Below are positions 53,386-63,569 of a stretch of 64,000 bases of DNA, piece after piece. This DNA is from Planctomycetota bacterium. Its GTDB lineage: Bacteria > Planctomycetota > Brocadiia > JAADGH01. The DNA lies in the NCBI GenBank assembly GCA_040755855.1, contig JBFMAD010000006.1:64001-128000 (forward strand). The letters run 5' to 3'. Position numbers and translations under genes: made by a program. Positions within the stretch are counted from its first letter, which is position 1. Each line of letters starts with the position of its first letter. Under the pieces are notes generated by a model that had not been told where the DNA came from, made no database searches, and saw nothing but the letters and a program-made list of their open reading frames with translations.

Positions 53386-54877
53386 CGTTGGTTCCTTTCG
53401 CCGCGCTCTCCAAGATGGGCAGGCTTACGCTAAAAGTACTCCCCCTTCCCACGGCAGTTTGCACGATGATCCGCCCCTGGTGCATCTCGACGAGCCGCTT
53501 TACGAGACTCAATCCGAGGCCCGTGCCGGGCACGTAGGCGGTGTACTCGTTCTTGGCGCGGTAAAACTCCTCAAAGATCTTGCCCTTCTCCTCTTCGGTC
53601 ATGCCGATGCCGTCGTCCTTGACGACGACTCTCACATACATCCCGTTGTGCTCGAGGCGGACGTTGACGTGCCCCCCGTTCGGCGTATACTTGATGGCGT
53701 TGTCCACCAGGTTCTTGACGATGCTGTGGATGGCGTCGCGGTCGGCGAGGGCCGGCTCGATATCCCCGGGTTTCTCGAAGGAGAGTTGGATCTGCTTTGC
53801 GTCCGCGTTTTCCTTGCATTCCTCTACCACCGCTGCGGCCACCGCCGCCACATCCAGGGAAACGCGCTTGATTGTGAAGCGCCCCGTCTCGATAGCGGTG
53901 AGGCCCATGAGGTCCGCCACCATCTGCCGGAGGGCCTGTGTGCGGGCCAGGGAGCGATCGAGCATCTTCCGCGCCTTTTCGCTCACATCGCCTCCCATGC
54001 CGCCAAGGATGACGTTCAGATAGTTCTCGATGGCCGCGAGGGGGCTTTTGATCTCGTGGGCCACCATGGAAACGAACATGGATTTCTCCTCTTCGAGTTT
54101 CTTCCGCGCCGTGATGTCGCGAAGGACGGACACGGCCCCGATCGTCTCACCGCTCGGCTCCCGGACGGAACTCGTGTTCACCATATACGTGCTCTCGCCG
54201 AAGCGAATTTCCTTGGAGAGGATCGCCGGGCCCGAGGCCGCATGAAGAGCATCGCGCAGCAGGACCGCGAGTTCCTCGCACTTGAGCGCGCTGAGCGGGG
54301 CGGGGGTATCCACGGAGCAGCACTCGGCCACGACGCGCGATGCGGCGGTGTTCTGCAGGACGATCTGCCCCTCGCGGTTCACCGCAATGACGCCGTCGGT
54401 CATGCAGTTGATGATGGTCTTGCTCTGGGACCGCTCGTAAGCGACCTCGAGCATTCGGCGCTCGCGTTCCTCCTGCAGGCGCTTGGCGCGAAGAATCAGC
54501 TCGCGCCTTTCCAGGCCATTGCGCACAGCGAGGAGAAGTTCGTCGGGGGTGAAGGGCTTGGGGATGTACCCATACGCGCCTCGCTTGGTGGCCTCAACGG
54601 CGGTCTCGATGGTGGCATAGGCGGTGATGACGAGGAGCACGATGTCGTCGTTCTGTTGGCGGATTTTCTCGATGAGTTGGACGCCGTCCATGCGGGGCAT
54701 TTTCATGTCTATGAGGGCGGCGGCGAAGTTGCGGCGTTTCTCGAAGATCTCGAGGCCGGCCATCCCGTCGGCGGCGGTCTCCACTTCAAACCCTTCGGCG
54801 GTGAGAATTTTGCGGCAGCCCTCGCGCATGCCCAGTTCGTCATCAACAACCAGGATTCGGACCGGCTCGTCACTCAT
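53369..54877 (-). CDS. Hybrid receiver-PAS-histidine kinase
   Basis: REC (VVDDE, DMKMP, KP), PAS, HEIKSP, NAIKY, DDGIG, GTGLGL. Confidence 0.93.
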   Translation of the reverse strand: MSDEPVRILVVDDELGMREGCRKILTAEGFEVETAADGMAGLEIFEKRRNFAAALIDMKMPRMDGVQLIEKIRQQNDDIVLLVITAYATIETAVEATKRGAYGYIPKPFTPDELLLAVRNGLERRELILRAKRLQEERERRMLEVAYERSQSKTIINCMTDGVIAVNREGQIVLQNTAASRVVAECCSVDTPAPLSALKCEELAVLLRDALHAASGPAILSKEIRFGESTYMVNTSSVREPSGETIGAVSVLRDITARKKLEEEKSMFVSMVAHEIKSPLAAIENYLNVILGGMGGDVSEKARKMLDRSLARTQALRQMVADLMGLTAIETGRFTIKRVSLDVAAVAAAVVEECKENADAKQIQLSFEKPGDIEPALADRDAIHSIVKNLVDNAIKYTPNGGHVNVRLEHNGMYVRVVVKDDGIGMTEEEKGKIFEEFYRAKNEYTAYVPGTGLGLSLVKRLVEMHQGRIIVQTAVGRGSTFSVSLPILESAAKGTNGGGAT

Positions 54878-55296
54878 GGTCTCTCTTTCTCCCTGCGTCC
54901 GTTGAGAAGTTCCCGCACCTTGGCCAGCAGATCGCCGGGCGGAACGGGCTTGCTGAAGTAGGCGTCGGCGCGCATGGCCGCGAGTTCATCGGATGTGCGG
55001 GGACGGAAATCAAACCCGCGCCGGCTGCTCGCCGCAGTGACGATGATGATGAAGACGTCGGCGAATTCCGGTTCTTCCTTGATCCGACGGGAGAAGGCAA
55101 ACCCCGAATCGAGGTCCTCCATCATCAAGTCCGTGATAACGAGGTCCGGTTTCTCCTCCCTCATGTACGCTATTGCGGACTGCGGATCAACAAAGCAAAT
55201 CGTCCGATATCCGCCGTCTTCGAGGACTTCCTTGTTCAGGTCGAGGAAGTCCCGGTCATCATCCACAAGCACAATCATGGGCAACGTATTATCCAT
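54874..55296 (-). CDS. Single-domain response regulator
   Basis: LVDDD, DLMM, KP; no output domain. Confidence 0.92.
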   Translation of the reverse strand: MDNTLPMIVLVDDDRDFLDLNKEVLEDGGYRTICFVDPQSAIAYMREEKPDLVITDLMMEDLDSGFAFSRRIKEEPEFADVFIIIVTAASSRRGFDFRPRTSDELAAMRADAYFSKPVPPGDLLAKVRELLNGRREKERP

Positions 55297-55298
55297 TT

Positions 55299-55700
55299 TT
55301 ACACACCCCGAGACGAACGGACCCCGAGCAGCCTCTCCACTTCCTCAAGTAGTTGCGGCAGGCGAACGGGCTTTTCAAGAAACGCATCCACCGGCAGCCA
55401 CGTTTTGTCGGGGCCGAACCGGAACGGCACGGTGTCATTTACCGATGTGAGGAGTAGAATCGGTATGGTCTTCGTCTGTTCCCGATTACGCAAGTCGCGG
55501 GACAGGTTGAAGCCCTCGGTTTGCGTCTCCATCATCACATCCAAGATAATCAAATCCGGCCTTTCCAATCGAATCTTCTCGGCGCACTCGCCGCCGCTGT
55601 ATGCCACGCTTACCTCGTACCCTCTTTCCCGCAAGGCAGCCCGGTTTGCCTCCACAAAATCCACATCATCATCCACAAGCAGGATCTTTTTCCCGGTCAC
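55299..55700 (-). CDS. Single-domain response regulator
   Basis: GTG start with GGAAGGAG SD; LVDDD, DVMM, WLPVDAFLEKP. Confidence 0.92.
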   Translation of the reverse strand: MTGKKILLVDDDVDFVEANRAALRERGYEVSVAYSGGECAEKIRLERPDLIILDVMMETQTEGFNLSRDLRNREQTKTIPILLLTSVNDTVPFRFGPDKTWLPVDAFLEKPVRLPQLLEEVERLLGVRSSRGV

Positions 55701-55713
55701 CGGAATCTCCTTC

Positions 55714-57759
55714 CTACGTCGTGGAGTCGGCGCCGCCCCGCAAGATACTTGACACTGTTGCGGCCTCGTCCCCCACATGTGCAGTCGGGAGACGGATCGT
55801 GAATGTGGTCCCCCTGCCCTCCTCGCTGTCCACGGAAATATCTCCGGAGTGCATTTTCACCACCCCATAGGCGATGGCAAGTCCCAGGCCAGTTCCCTTG
55901 CCCATGGCCTTTGTCGTAAAGAAGGGCGTAAAGAGCTTGGATTGGTTTTCCTTTGAAATGCCGCAACCATTGTCGGCGACCCGGATTTCCACCGATCCGT
56001 TCTTGTCGCACTTGCCCACGGTGACGGACACATGGCCGTTTTTCTCGACTGCATCAATGCCGTTCTGGATCAGGTTAATCAGCATCTGCTTGATCTGTGT
56101 AGCGTCTATGAACATGGTGGGCAGGTCGCCTGAGATATCGCTGGTCAGCTTGACGCCTACGGCCTCAGCCTTCGGTCCCATGATGGCCATCACTTCGTCA
56201 ATGAGTTTGGAAAGATTGACCGGGGACTTCGAAACGCGCGACTGCCGGGCGAAGTCGAGCAGGCCGCGCACGATGTCCTTGCATCGGGTTGCTTCGTTGA
56301 CGATCATCTCCAGATCCGGTCGGCGCTCATCCTGCCCCTGCAGCTGCTTCAGCAGCATGTGGGAGTAGATGAGGATCGTGCCGAGGGGGTTGTTGATCTC
56401 ATGCGCCACGCCGGCCGAGAGCTGGCCCATCGAGGCGAGCTTTTCCGTCTGAACCAGACGCGCCTGGGCGGACGCCAGTTCCTCATGGGACTGTCTCACC
56501 CTGTTCAAGGCCGTCTGAAGCTCGTCAACAAGGTACGGCAGGCACATCTCGGCCTCAGCGAGGCCCTGGCAGACGGCGATCGCCTTTTCACGGCAGGAGC
56601 GATAGCCGCAGGCGCCGCAGTTCAACTGGTCTTCCGGGGCGAATTTCTTCATGGCCATCAGCGCCCGGTTGATCTCCTCTTCGGTCGGGATGGGGAGCTT
56701 CATGTCCTGCCGGGTAAACTCGCGGCGGAGATTGATGTCCTTGAATTCGTCAAGTGACTCCACCAGCTCTTTTTGACTGGTAAACCGATTCTGCTCGTTC
56801 ACGAAATCGGCGAGGACCTCTTTGCGTTTGATCACGCTCAGGTCATTGAGCATCTTCGGGCCGTTGATACAGCCCTCGCAGAAGAGCACGTCGAAGAGCC
56901 TGGCATGGCTCTTGCCCTCGGCCAAGTCCTGAAGGGCGTCGAGGACGCGGTCTTTGCCCTCTGTGACCACAATTTCGTTATCGAGGATATCCGAACTAAG
57001 CCCGGCGCTTTTCAGCAAGCCGCCCGATATGGGGAACGATCGCGCCAGGAGCGAGCGGGGGCCGTCAAAGCCGCTTTCAGGCATCTCCTCCACGCCGATG
57101 CCCGCTTCATCCAGCATCCTGACCAGCTCTTTGTAGGTGAGAACGGCATCCACCGTTCCGGCCACCTTCGGATCGCGAATCTCGTTCTTTTTTGCTATGC
57201 ACGGTCCGATAAAAACGACGCGAACCTTCTCGCCGTGCCGATGCCGAATCGCCCGCGCGATGGCTATCATGGGGGAGACGATGGGCGCGAGCGCGGTGTG
57301 GAGGGACGGCACGTATTTTTCCACGAAGGCGACAATCGCAGGGCACGGCGTGGTAACGACGGGACCGGTCGTGTCCCGAATGGTCTCGAAGTACCTCCCG
57401 TATTCTCGGCTGAGAAGCTCCGCGCCGAAGGCGACCTCCCACACCTCATGGAAGCCCAGCGCTCGTGTGGCCGCGATGATCTTGCCGGGGGCGGTCGGGT
57501 GAAAGGCCGCAGGGAAGGACGGCGCGATACAGGCAAACACACGTTCCTTCCCCGCCAGCATCCGCTTCACGGCCTCGGTGCTGTCCTCGATCAATTTGGC
57601 CTGCTGGGCGCAAACCTTGACGCAGTTCCCGCACACGATGCACCGGTCCTCGATGACCATGGCCTGGCCGCCCTCCACCTTGATTGCCTTCGCGGGACAT
57701 TCCCGCACGCAGGTGTAGCACCGTTTGCATTTTTCCGGGATGGTTGAAACAATACCCAT
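55714..57759 (-). CDS. Putative sensory [FeFe]-hydrogenase (group C-like) fused to a histidine kinase
   Basis: 2x[4Fe-4S] ferredoxin; divergent H-cluster motifs TTPCP, GPCIAKKNE, FCEGCING; CGACG..SC Fe-S domain; HEINNP and HATPase. Confidence 0.9.
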   Translation of the reverse strand: MGIVSTIPEKCKRCYTCVRECPAKAIKVEGGQAMVIEDRCIVCGNCVKVCAQQAKLIEDSTEAVKRMLAGKERVFACIAPSFPAAFHPTAPGKIIAATRALGFHEVWEVAFGAELLSREYGRYFETIRDTTGPVVTTPCPAIVAFVEKYVPSLHTALAPIVSPMIAIARAIRHRHGEKVRVVFIGPCIAKKNEIRDPKVAGTVDAVLTYKELVRMLDEAGIGVEEMPESGFDGPRSLLARSFPISGGLLKSAGLSSDILDNEIVVTEGKDRVLDALQDLAEGKSHARLFDVLFCEGCINGPKMLNDLSVIKRKEVLADFVNEQNRFTSQKELVESLDEFKDINLRREFTRQDMKLPIPTEEEINRALMAMKKFAPEDQLNCGACGYRSCREKAIAVCQGLAEAEMCLPYLVDELQTALNRVRQSHEELASAQARLVQTEKLASMGQLSAGVAHEINNPLGTILIYSHMLLKQLQGQDERRPDLEMIVNEATRCKDIVRGLLDFARQSRVSKSPVNLSKLIDEVMAIMGPKAEAVGVKLTSDISGDLPTMFIDATQIKQMLINLIQNGIDAVEKNGHVSVTVGKCDKNGSVEIRVADNGCGISKENQSKLFTPFFTTKAMGKGTGLGLAIAYGVVKMHSGDISVDSEEGRGTTFTIRLPTAHVGDEAATVSSILRGGADSTT

Positions 57760-57771
57760 GCTTACGACTTC

Positions 57772-59544
57772 CTATACCTTCGCTCTCTGGATGTACTTCG
57801 TGTGCAACAGATGATGCGACCGCTCTCCGAGCGGCTTCTCCAGAAACTCCGCGTAAATCTGTTTGACCTCCGGGTTCTCGTGCGACTTGCGCAACTTTTT
57901 GCCTTCATCCTCCTTGTAGATTGCGGCGATCCTGGCCTTCCGCACCTCATCGGTAGTCATCCTGGGCTGGCCGCCGCCGCCGATGCACCCGCCCGGACAG
58001 GTCATGATCTCGATGAAATGGTACTTGGCTTCGCCGGACTTCACCCGCTCAATCACCTTCCTGGCGTTGCCCAACCCGTGGGCCACGGCAACGTTCACCG
58101 TTACGCCTTCAAGGAACGACCAGTCCGGGACCGTACCGGTGATCTTGACCGACGCCTCCTTGACCCCGTCGAGGCCCTCAATCGGCACGACGTGGAGATT
58201 GTCGAAGGGCAGTGGTCTGCCTGTGATAATCTCGTACGCCGTCCTGAGCGCCGCCTCCATCACGCCGCCCGTATTGGCGAAGATGTCCGCCGCGCCGGAG
58301 GACATCCCCAGGGGGGCGTCCATCTTGTCGTCCGGCAGGGAATTAAACTCGATGCCCGCTTCCTTAATCATACGGCCAAGCTCGCGCGTCGTCAAGACTA
58401 CATCCACGTCCCGGACGCCGCTCGCCTTCATTTCTTCCCGCTGGGCCTCAAACTTCTTGGCCGTGCAGGGCATGACGGACACGACGAAGATGTCCTCCGC
58501 CTTCTTGCCCAGCTTCTGGGCATAGTAGGTCTTCGCCACGGCGCCGAACATCTGCTGCGGCGATTTGCAGGTGGATATATTCGGGAGGATCTCTGGGTAG
58601 AAGTACTCTGCGAACTTGATCCATCCGGGAGAGCAGCTTGTGAACATGGGGAGGGCCACCTTCTCCTTGGTCACGAGCGCTTTCTTGAGACGGGTCAGAA
58701 GTTCCGTGCCCTCCTCGATGATCGTCAGGTCGGCGGTGAAATTGGTGTCGAAGACGCCGTCGAAGCCGAGCCTGCGGAGGGCTGAGACCATCTTTCCCGT
58801 CACCAGCGTCCCCGGCGGATAGCCGAAGCACTCCCCAAGCGCGGCGCGGATGGCGGGCGCTGTCTGGACGACGACATGCTTGTTCGAATCGTCCAGAGCG
58901 TTCCAAACCTTTTGAATTTCATCCTTCTCACTAATGGCCCCGACCGGACATACCGCGGCGCACTGCCCGCATTGAACACAAACCACATCAGCAAGGCTTG
59001 CGCAAAAGGCGGGACCCACCATTGAACTAAAGCCGCGATTCTGCGGGTAGAGTCCTCCGACACCCTGGACCTCGTTACATATCGTGACGCACCGCCGGCA
59101 AAGGACACACTTGGATGAGTAACGAACAAGCGCCGGCGTGCTGTCGTCAACCATCGTCCTACTCTTCTGCCCCTGATAGCCTATCTCCCTGATGCCCAGC
59201 TCGCGGGCCAGGGCCTGGAGCTCGCAGTCCTCGTTCCGATCGCACGTTTGGCAGTCGCCCTCGTGATCCGAGAGGATGAGTTCCACGACGGTGCGCCGGG
59301 CGTCTCGAACGCGCTTGGTGTTGGTCCTGACCTTCATGCCTTCGCTGACGGGCATGACACATGAGGCCACAAGGGTTTTCGCCCCGTCCACCTCCACCAG
59401 GCAGACACGACAGGCGCCGATCGCCTGAACATTTTCAAGATAGCAGAGCGTGGGAATCTTGACGCCGGCCTGCTTTGCGGCGTTGAGGACCGTGGCGCCA
59501 TCAGGAACCTGGACCTCAATATCGTTGATCGTCACTTTCGGCAT
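57772..59544 (-). CDS. hydA: Multimeric (group A3-type) [FeFe]-hydrogenase catalytic subunit
   Basis: N-terminal 2Fe-2S, HxxxCxxC, 2x4Fe-4S; TSCSPGW, MPCTAKKFE, EIMTCPGGCIGGGGQP. Confidence 0.96.
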   Translation of the reverse strand: MPKVTINDIEVQVPDGATVLNAAKQAGVKIPTLCYLENVQAIGACRVCLVEVDGAKTLVASCVMPVSEGMKVRTNTKRVRDARRTVVELILSDHEGDCQTCDRNEDCELQALARELGIREIGYQGQKSRTMVDDSTPALVRYSSKCVLCRRCVTICNEVQGVGGLYPQNRGFSSMVGPAFCASLADVVCVQCGQCAAVCPVGAISEKDEIQKVWNALDDSNKHVVVQTAPAIRAALGECFGYPPGTLVTGKMVSALRRLGFDGVFDTNFTADLTIIEEGTELLTRLKKALVTKEKVALPMFTSCSPGWIKFAEYFYPEILPNISTCKSPQQMFGAVAKTYYAQKLGKKAEDIFVVSVMPCTAKKFEAQREEMKASGVRDVDVVLTTRELGRMIKEAGIEFNSLPDDKMDAPLGMSSGAADIFANTGGVMEAALRTAYEIITGRPLPFDNLHVVPIEGLDGVKEASVKITGTVPDWSFLEGVTVNVAVAHGLGNARKVIERVKSGEAKYHFIEIMTCPGGCIGGGGQPRMTTDEVRKARIAAIYKEDEGKKLRKSHENPEVKQIYAEFLEKPLGERSHHLLHTKYIQRAKV

Positions 59545-59565
59545 GGTTCCACCTCTCCTCTCGGT

Positions 59566-62500
59566 CTAACTCTTTTCCCGATAATCACAGCGCAGACAGC
59601 GCTTGGCCTCGCGCAAGGCCACGGCCTCGCTGAACGGAAGTTCCACCTCATCGAAATTGTGTCTTCGCTTGCCGACGGGGATCAGCCGCATCTTGCTTCG
59701 CGGATATTCCGCCGGATCGGCCTCAGAGTCGAAGGCGGCATCCACCAACTTCTCCTCACGCCAGAAGGCATGGTTGGTCCCCGTGATGTACTGGTCTATC
59801 GTTATAGCAGCGGTCTCGCCTCCCTTCACTGCAATGGCCACGGAAGACGGGCCGAGAGCGGCATCGCCTCCCGCAAACAGCCATTCCACCGAGGTCTGAC
59901 CGGTAATGGGATTGACTCGGATGAAATTGCGGCTGGTCAACTTGAGATCAATGCCGTCGAGGATCCCCTTCGGGTCAATGGCCTGACCGATGGCGGCGAT
60001 AACATGGTCGGTCTCAATGACAAAAGCCTTTTCGGCGTTGGGCTCGGGCCGGCGCCGCCCGCTGCTGTCGAATGGACCGAGCGTCATTCGCTGGCACTTG
60101 ATGCCGGCAACCCGACCGTTCTTCGCCAGAATCTCCACGGGGGCGACAAGCGTCTGGAGGACCACTCCCTCGTGCTCGGCTTCCTCGATCTCCTCTGCGT
60201 AGGCTGGCATTTCGTCGCGCGTGCGCCGATATAAAATCGTGACGGACTTCGCGCCCAGTCGAACGGCCGTTCGCGCCGCGTCCACGGCCGCATTTCCGCC
60301 GCCGATCACAACGACCTTTTCTCCTACGGGCACGGAACCGCGGAGGTTATAATCGCGCAGGAAGCAAATGGCTTCGGCCACCCCCTCGGCATCTTCACCA
60401 GGCACGCCCATGCGGGATCCAAGCGGCGCGCCGAGGCCCAGGAACACGGCCCGATACCCTTGGGCGCGCAGCTCGGGCAGCGTAAAGTCCTGCCCGAGTC
60501 GGGTGTTGGTCTCGATGTCCACGCCCATTCTCTCAATCATGCGAACTTCGCGGGCTACGATTTCACGCGGCAGTCTGTATGCGGGGATCGCCTGGACCAG
60601 CATCCCGCCGGGCCTCGGTTCGGCCTCAAAGACCTTCGGGCGATAGCCCAAGCGGGCGAGGAAATATCCGCATGACAGCCCAGCGGGTCCGGCGCCGATG
60701 ATTGCGATCTTCTGTTTGGCGTTTTCCTCGCTGTCGCGGATTTCCGGGAGCTGGATCGTAACCTCCTGGTCCACCATGAATCGCTTCAGGCCGCGGATGG
60801 ACAACGACTCGTCCAGGTTGCTTCTGCGGCATTTGTCTTCACACGTATGGAAACATACGCGGGCGCACACCGCCGCGAAAGGATTCCGCTCCCGATGCAG
60901 CCGCAACGCCTCGGCATACCGTTTCTCGCCGATGAGCGAGACATACCCCGGCACGTCCACCCCGGCGGGACAGGCGTTTTGGCATGGGGCGCGCACGAGA
61001 GCCGGGCATACGCCGGCCCGGCATTTCTTTTCTCGAATGTGCGCATCATACTCGTCGCGGAAGTATCGAATCGTCGAAAGGACGGGATTCGGCGCCGTCT
61101 GGCCGAGCCCGCAGAGCGCGGTATCCTTGACTTTCTTGCCGAGGTCAACCAGTTTTTCCACATCCCCTTCTTCGCCTTGTCCCTCGCAGATGCGGGTGAC
61201 GATCTCCAACATCCGTTTCGTGCCGATACGGCACGGAGAGCACTTCCCGCAGGACTCGTCCTGGGTGAACTCGAGGAAAAAGCGGGCCATGTCAACCATG
61301 CAGGTATCCTCATCCATGACGATCAATCCGCCGGATCCCATAATGGCGCCGAGCTCGGTGACGGATTCATAGTCAATGGGCACATTCAGGTTTTCCTTGC
61401 AGATACAGCCGCCGGACGGCCCCCCAAGCTGCGCGGCCTTAAACTTCTTGCCGTTGGGAATGCCGCCACCGATGTCGTAAACAATATCTCCGAGTGTGAT
61501 GCCCATGTTGACTTCGACGAGGCCGATGTTGTTCACGTCACCGGTCAGAGCGAATATCTTGGTGCCTGTGCTCCCTTTCGTTCCGACGGATCGGAACCAG
61601 TCTGCGCCGTGATGGATGATGAGCGGCACGTTGGCGAGGGTCTCGACGTTGTTGAGCACGGAGGGTTTTTCCCACAGTCCCTTCTGCGCGGGGAAGGGGG
61701 GCCTGGGGCGCGGCTCGCCGCGATGGCCCTCGATGGATCGCATGAGGGCGGTTTCCTCGCCGCAGACGAACGCTCCGGAGCCCTGGCAGATGAAAATGTC
61801 AAAACAGAAATCCGTGTCGAGGATATTTTTCCCGAGGAGTCCCATTTCGCGGCACTGTCCAATGGCGCACTCGAGCCGCTCCAGGGCAAGAGGGTACTCT
61901 GCACGGCAATAGATGTATCCGGTGTCGGCGCCGATCGCCCTGGCGGCGATCATCATGCCTTCGAGGACGGCATGAGGGTCGCTTTCCAGGACGCTGCGGT
62001 CCATGAAGGCGCCTGGGTCGCCCTCATCCGCGTTGCAGATGATGTACTTTTGGTCTCCTTTCGCCTTTCGGCAAAATTCCCATTTGATCCCCGTGGGAAA
62101 ACCAGCTCCGCCGCGTCCTCTGAGGCCCGACTTCTTGACCTCGTCAATGATTTGCTCGGGCTTCATCTCGGTAAGAGCCCGGGCCAGAGCGGCATAGCCA
62201 TCCTGTGCGATATACTCCTCGATTTTCTCGGCTGCGATTCGTCCCTTGTTGCGCAAGACCCTCAGATTCTGGCGCGAGAAGAATGGGATGTCTTTGAAGA
62301 ACGGGACCGGCTTTTGAGTCACCGGATGACGGAACATCAGTCTCTCCACAGGGCGGCCCTTGAGGACGTGTTCATCAACGATCTCTACGGCATCCTCCGC
62401 CGCGAGCCGCTGGTAGAAGTACCCGCCCGGATAGACCACCATGATCGGCCCACCGGCGCAGAATCCATTGCAGCCGGTCTTGACGATGGATACCTCGTCG

Positions 62501-62613
62501 GCCAAGTTGCGCTTGGCCAATTCCTTGTCCAGGGCGTCCTTTACATGGGCCACCCCGGAGGAAATGCAGCTCGTTCCAAAGCACATCAGCATGTGCATGC
62601 GCGGTGTTTTCAT
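59566..62613 (-). CDS. hydB: NuoF-like diaphorase subunit HydB fused to a GltD/NfnB-like FAD-NAD(P) module
   Basis: GRGGAGFP, NADEGDPG, CGEETAL, SCGKCSPCR; then PCQNACP, GAGPAG, GGGNAA, YRR. Confidence 0.92.
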   Translation of the reverse strand: MKTPRMHMLMCFGTSCISSGVAHVKDALDKELAKRNLADEVSIVKTGCNGFCAGGPIMVVYPGGYFYQRLAAEDAVEIVDEHVLKGRPVERLMFRHPVTQKPVPFFKDIPFFSRQNLRVLRNKGRIAAEKIEEYIAQDGYAALARALTEMKPEQIIDEVKKSGLRGRGGAGFPTGIKWEFCRKAKGDQKYIICNADEGDPGAFMDRSVLESDPHAVLEGMMIAARAIGADTGYIYCRAEYPLALERLECAIGQCREMGLLGKNILDTDFCFDIFICQGSGAFVCGEETALMRSIEGHRGEPRPRPPFPAQKGLWEKPSVLNNVETLANVPLIIHHGADWFRSVGTKGSTGTKIFALTGDVNNIGLVEVNMGITLGDIVYDIGGGIPNGKKFKAAQLGGPSGGCICKENLNVPIDYESVTELGAIMGSGGLIVMDEDTCMVDMARFFLEFTQDESCGKCSPCRIGTKRMLEIVTRICEGQGEEGDVEKLVDLGKKVKDTALCGLGQTAPNPVLSTIRYFRDEYDAHIREKKCRAGVCPALVRAPCQNACPAGVDVPGYVSLIGEKRYAEALRLHRERNPFAAVCARVCFHTCEDKCRRSNLDESLSIRGLKRFMVDQEVTIQLPEIRDSEENAKQKIAIIGAGPAGLSCGYFLARLGYRPKVFEAEPRPGGMLVQAIPAYRLPREIVAREVRMIERMGVDIETNTRLGQDFTLPELRAQGYRAVFLGLGAPLGSRMGVPGEDAEGVAEAICFLRDYNLRGSVPVGEKVVVIGGGNAAVDAARTAVRLGAKSVTILYRRTRDEMPAYAEEIEEAEHEGVVLQTLVAPVEILAKNGRVAGIKCQRMTLGPFDSSGRRRPEPNAEKAFVIETDHVIAAIGQAIDPKGILDGIDLKLTSRNFIRVNPITGQTSVEWLFAGGDAALGPSSVAIAVKGGETAAITIDQYITGTNHAFWREEKLVDAAFDSEADPAEYPRSKMRLIPVGKRRHNFDEVELPFSEAVALREAKRCLRCDYREKS

Positions 62614-62632
62614 CGGTTGATTCGCCTCCCGG

Positions 62633-63031
62633 TTAGGACTGGGTGCCTAAGGTAACGACAAACTGCGGCACAATCCGGCCGCCCAAGACATGCTCACGAA
62701 AGACATCGCCAGCGGCGACGGGGTTGAGGTCGCCGTAGAGAACCGGCTTTGCGCCGAGAACCTCGACCGTCATGACGGGCTCATGAGAGCAAGCTCCGAT
62801 ACAACCGGAGGTCGTGATGCGGACGTCATGTCGGCCACAGGCGGCGAGTTCGTCCATCAGCGCGGTGAGGATTTCACGGGCGCCGCTGGCAATCCCGCAG
62901 GTTCCCATATGTATCGTCACACAAGCCTTGTAACCATCCTCACGCAGCGCATTTTCATCTTTGACTTTTTGCTTGATGGCTTGGAGGTCTCCCAAGCTCC
63001 GAATCTTCTTCTCTGGCTTTGCGCTTTTCAT
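62633..63031 (-). CDS. Thioredoxin-like [2Fe-2S] small hydrogenase subunit (HydD/HndB-like)
   Basis: MGTCGIASGA, GCIGACSHEP; GAGGAG SD. Confidence 0.88.
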   Translation of the reverse strand: MKSAKPEKKIRSLGDLQAIKQKVKDENALREDGYKACVTIHMGTCGIASGAREILTALMDELAACGRHDVRITTSGCIGACSHEPVMTVEVLGAKPVLYGDLNPVAAGDVFREHVLGGRIVPQFVVTLGTQS

Positions 63032-63056
63032 ATGCTCCTCCTTCCAACGGGATTCC

Positions 63057-63569
63057 CTATTGAGGCTCAGAGTAGGCGCTGAGAATATCACCGACGCGAA
63101 CCGGACGAACCCGCTTATAGACTTGGCCGTCTATCGTAATGGTCGGCGCGAGACCACAAGCGCCGAAACAGCGCGCCACTTCGAGGGTGAAATTCCGATC
63201 ATCCGTAGTCTCGCCCACATCTATCTTCAGTTTCTGCTTGATGGCCTCTAACACTCGCTTTCCGCCGCGCACATAGCAGGCGGTCCCCAGACAAACGCGA
63301 ACGAGGTGCCGTCCGCGTGGGTGGGTAGAGAAGAAGGAATAGAAGCTCACCACGCCCGCCACCTCGCTATACGGTTTGTTCATGGCAAGGCTGATTCGTT
63401 TCAATGCGACCTCGGGCAGGTATCCGAATATTCCTTGGGCCATCTGAAGGACGGGAATCAGCGCCCCGGGCCTATCGCGGTATTCTTCCAGAACCTCGTC
63501 AAGCCGTCTCAACAACTCTTCTTCTGAGACCTCATGCCCACACGCGCACGTCGCTTTCTCCTCGGTCAT
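63057..63569 (-). CDS. hydC: NuoE-like [2Fe-2S] subunit HydC
   Basis: LIPVLQ, FYSFF, CLGTAC...CFGAC; own AAGGAG SD. Confidence 0.92.
   Translation of the reverse strand: MTEEKATCACGHEVSEEELLRRLDEVLEEYRDRPGALIPVLQMAQGIFGYLPEVALKRISLAMNKPYSEVAGVVSFYSFFSTHPRGRHLVRVCLGTACYVRGGKRVLEAIKQKLKIDVGETTDDRNFTLEVARCFGACGLAPTITIDGQVYKRVRPVRVGDILSAYSEPQ

Noticed and set aside
58615..58650. HydA L1 motif TSCSPGW instead of TSCCPxW
   Set aside because: A variant I recognise as common among multimeric group A enzymes; not evidence of inactivation or novelty.
60847..62655. Long antisense ORFs (also 53246..54961, 24188..25795, 17415..18899, 46477..47976, 9416..10777)
   Set aside because: Shadow frames of well-supported genes in high-GC DNA, with no motifs of their own.
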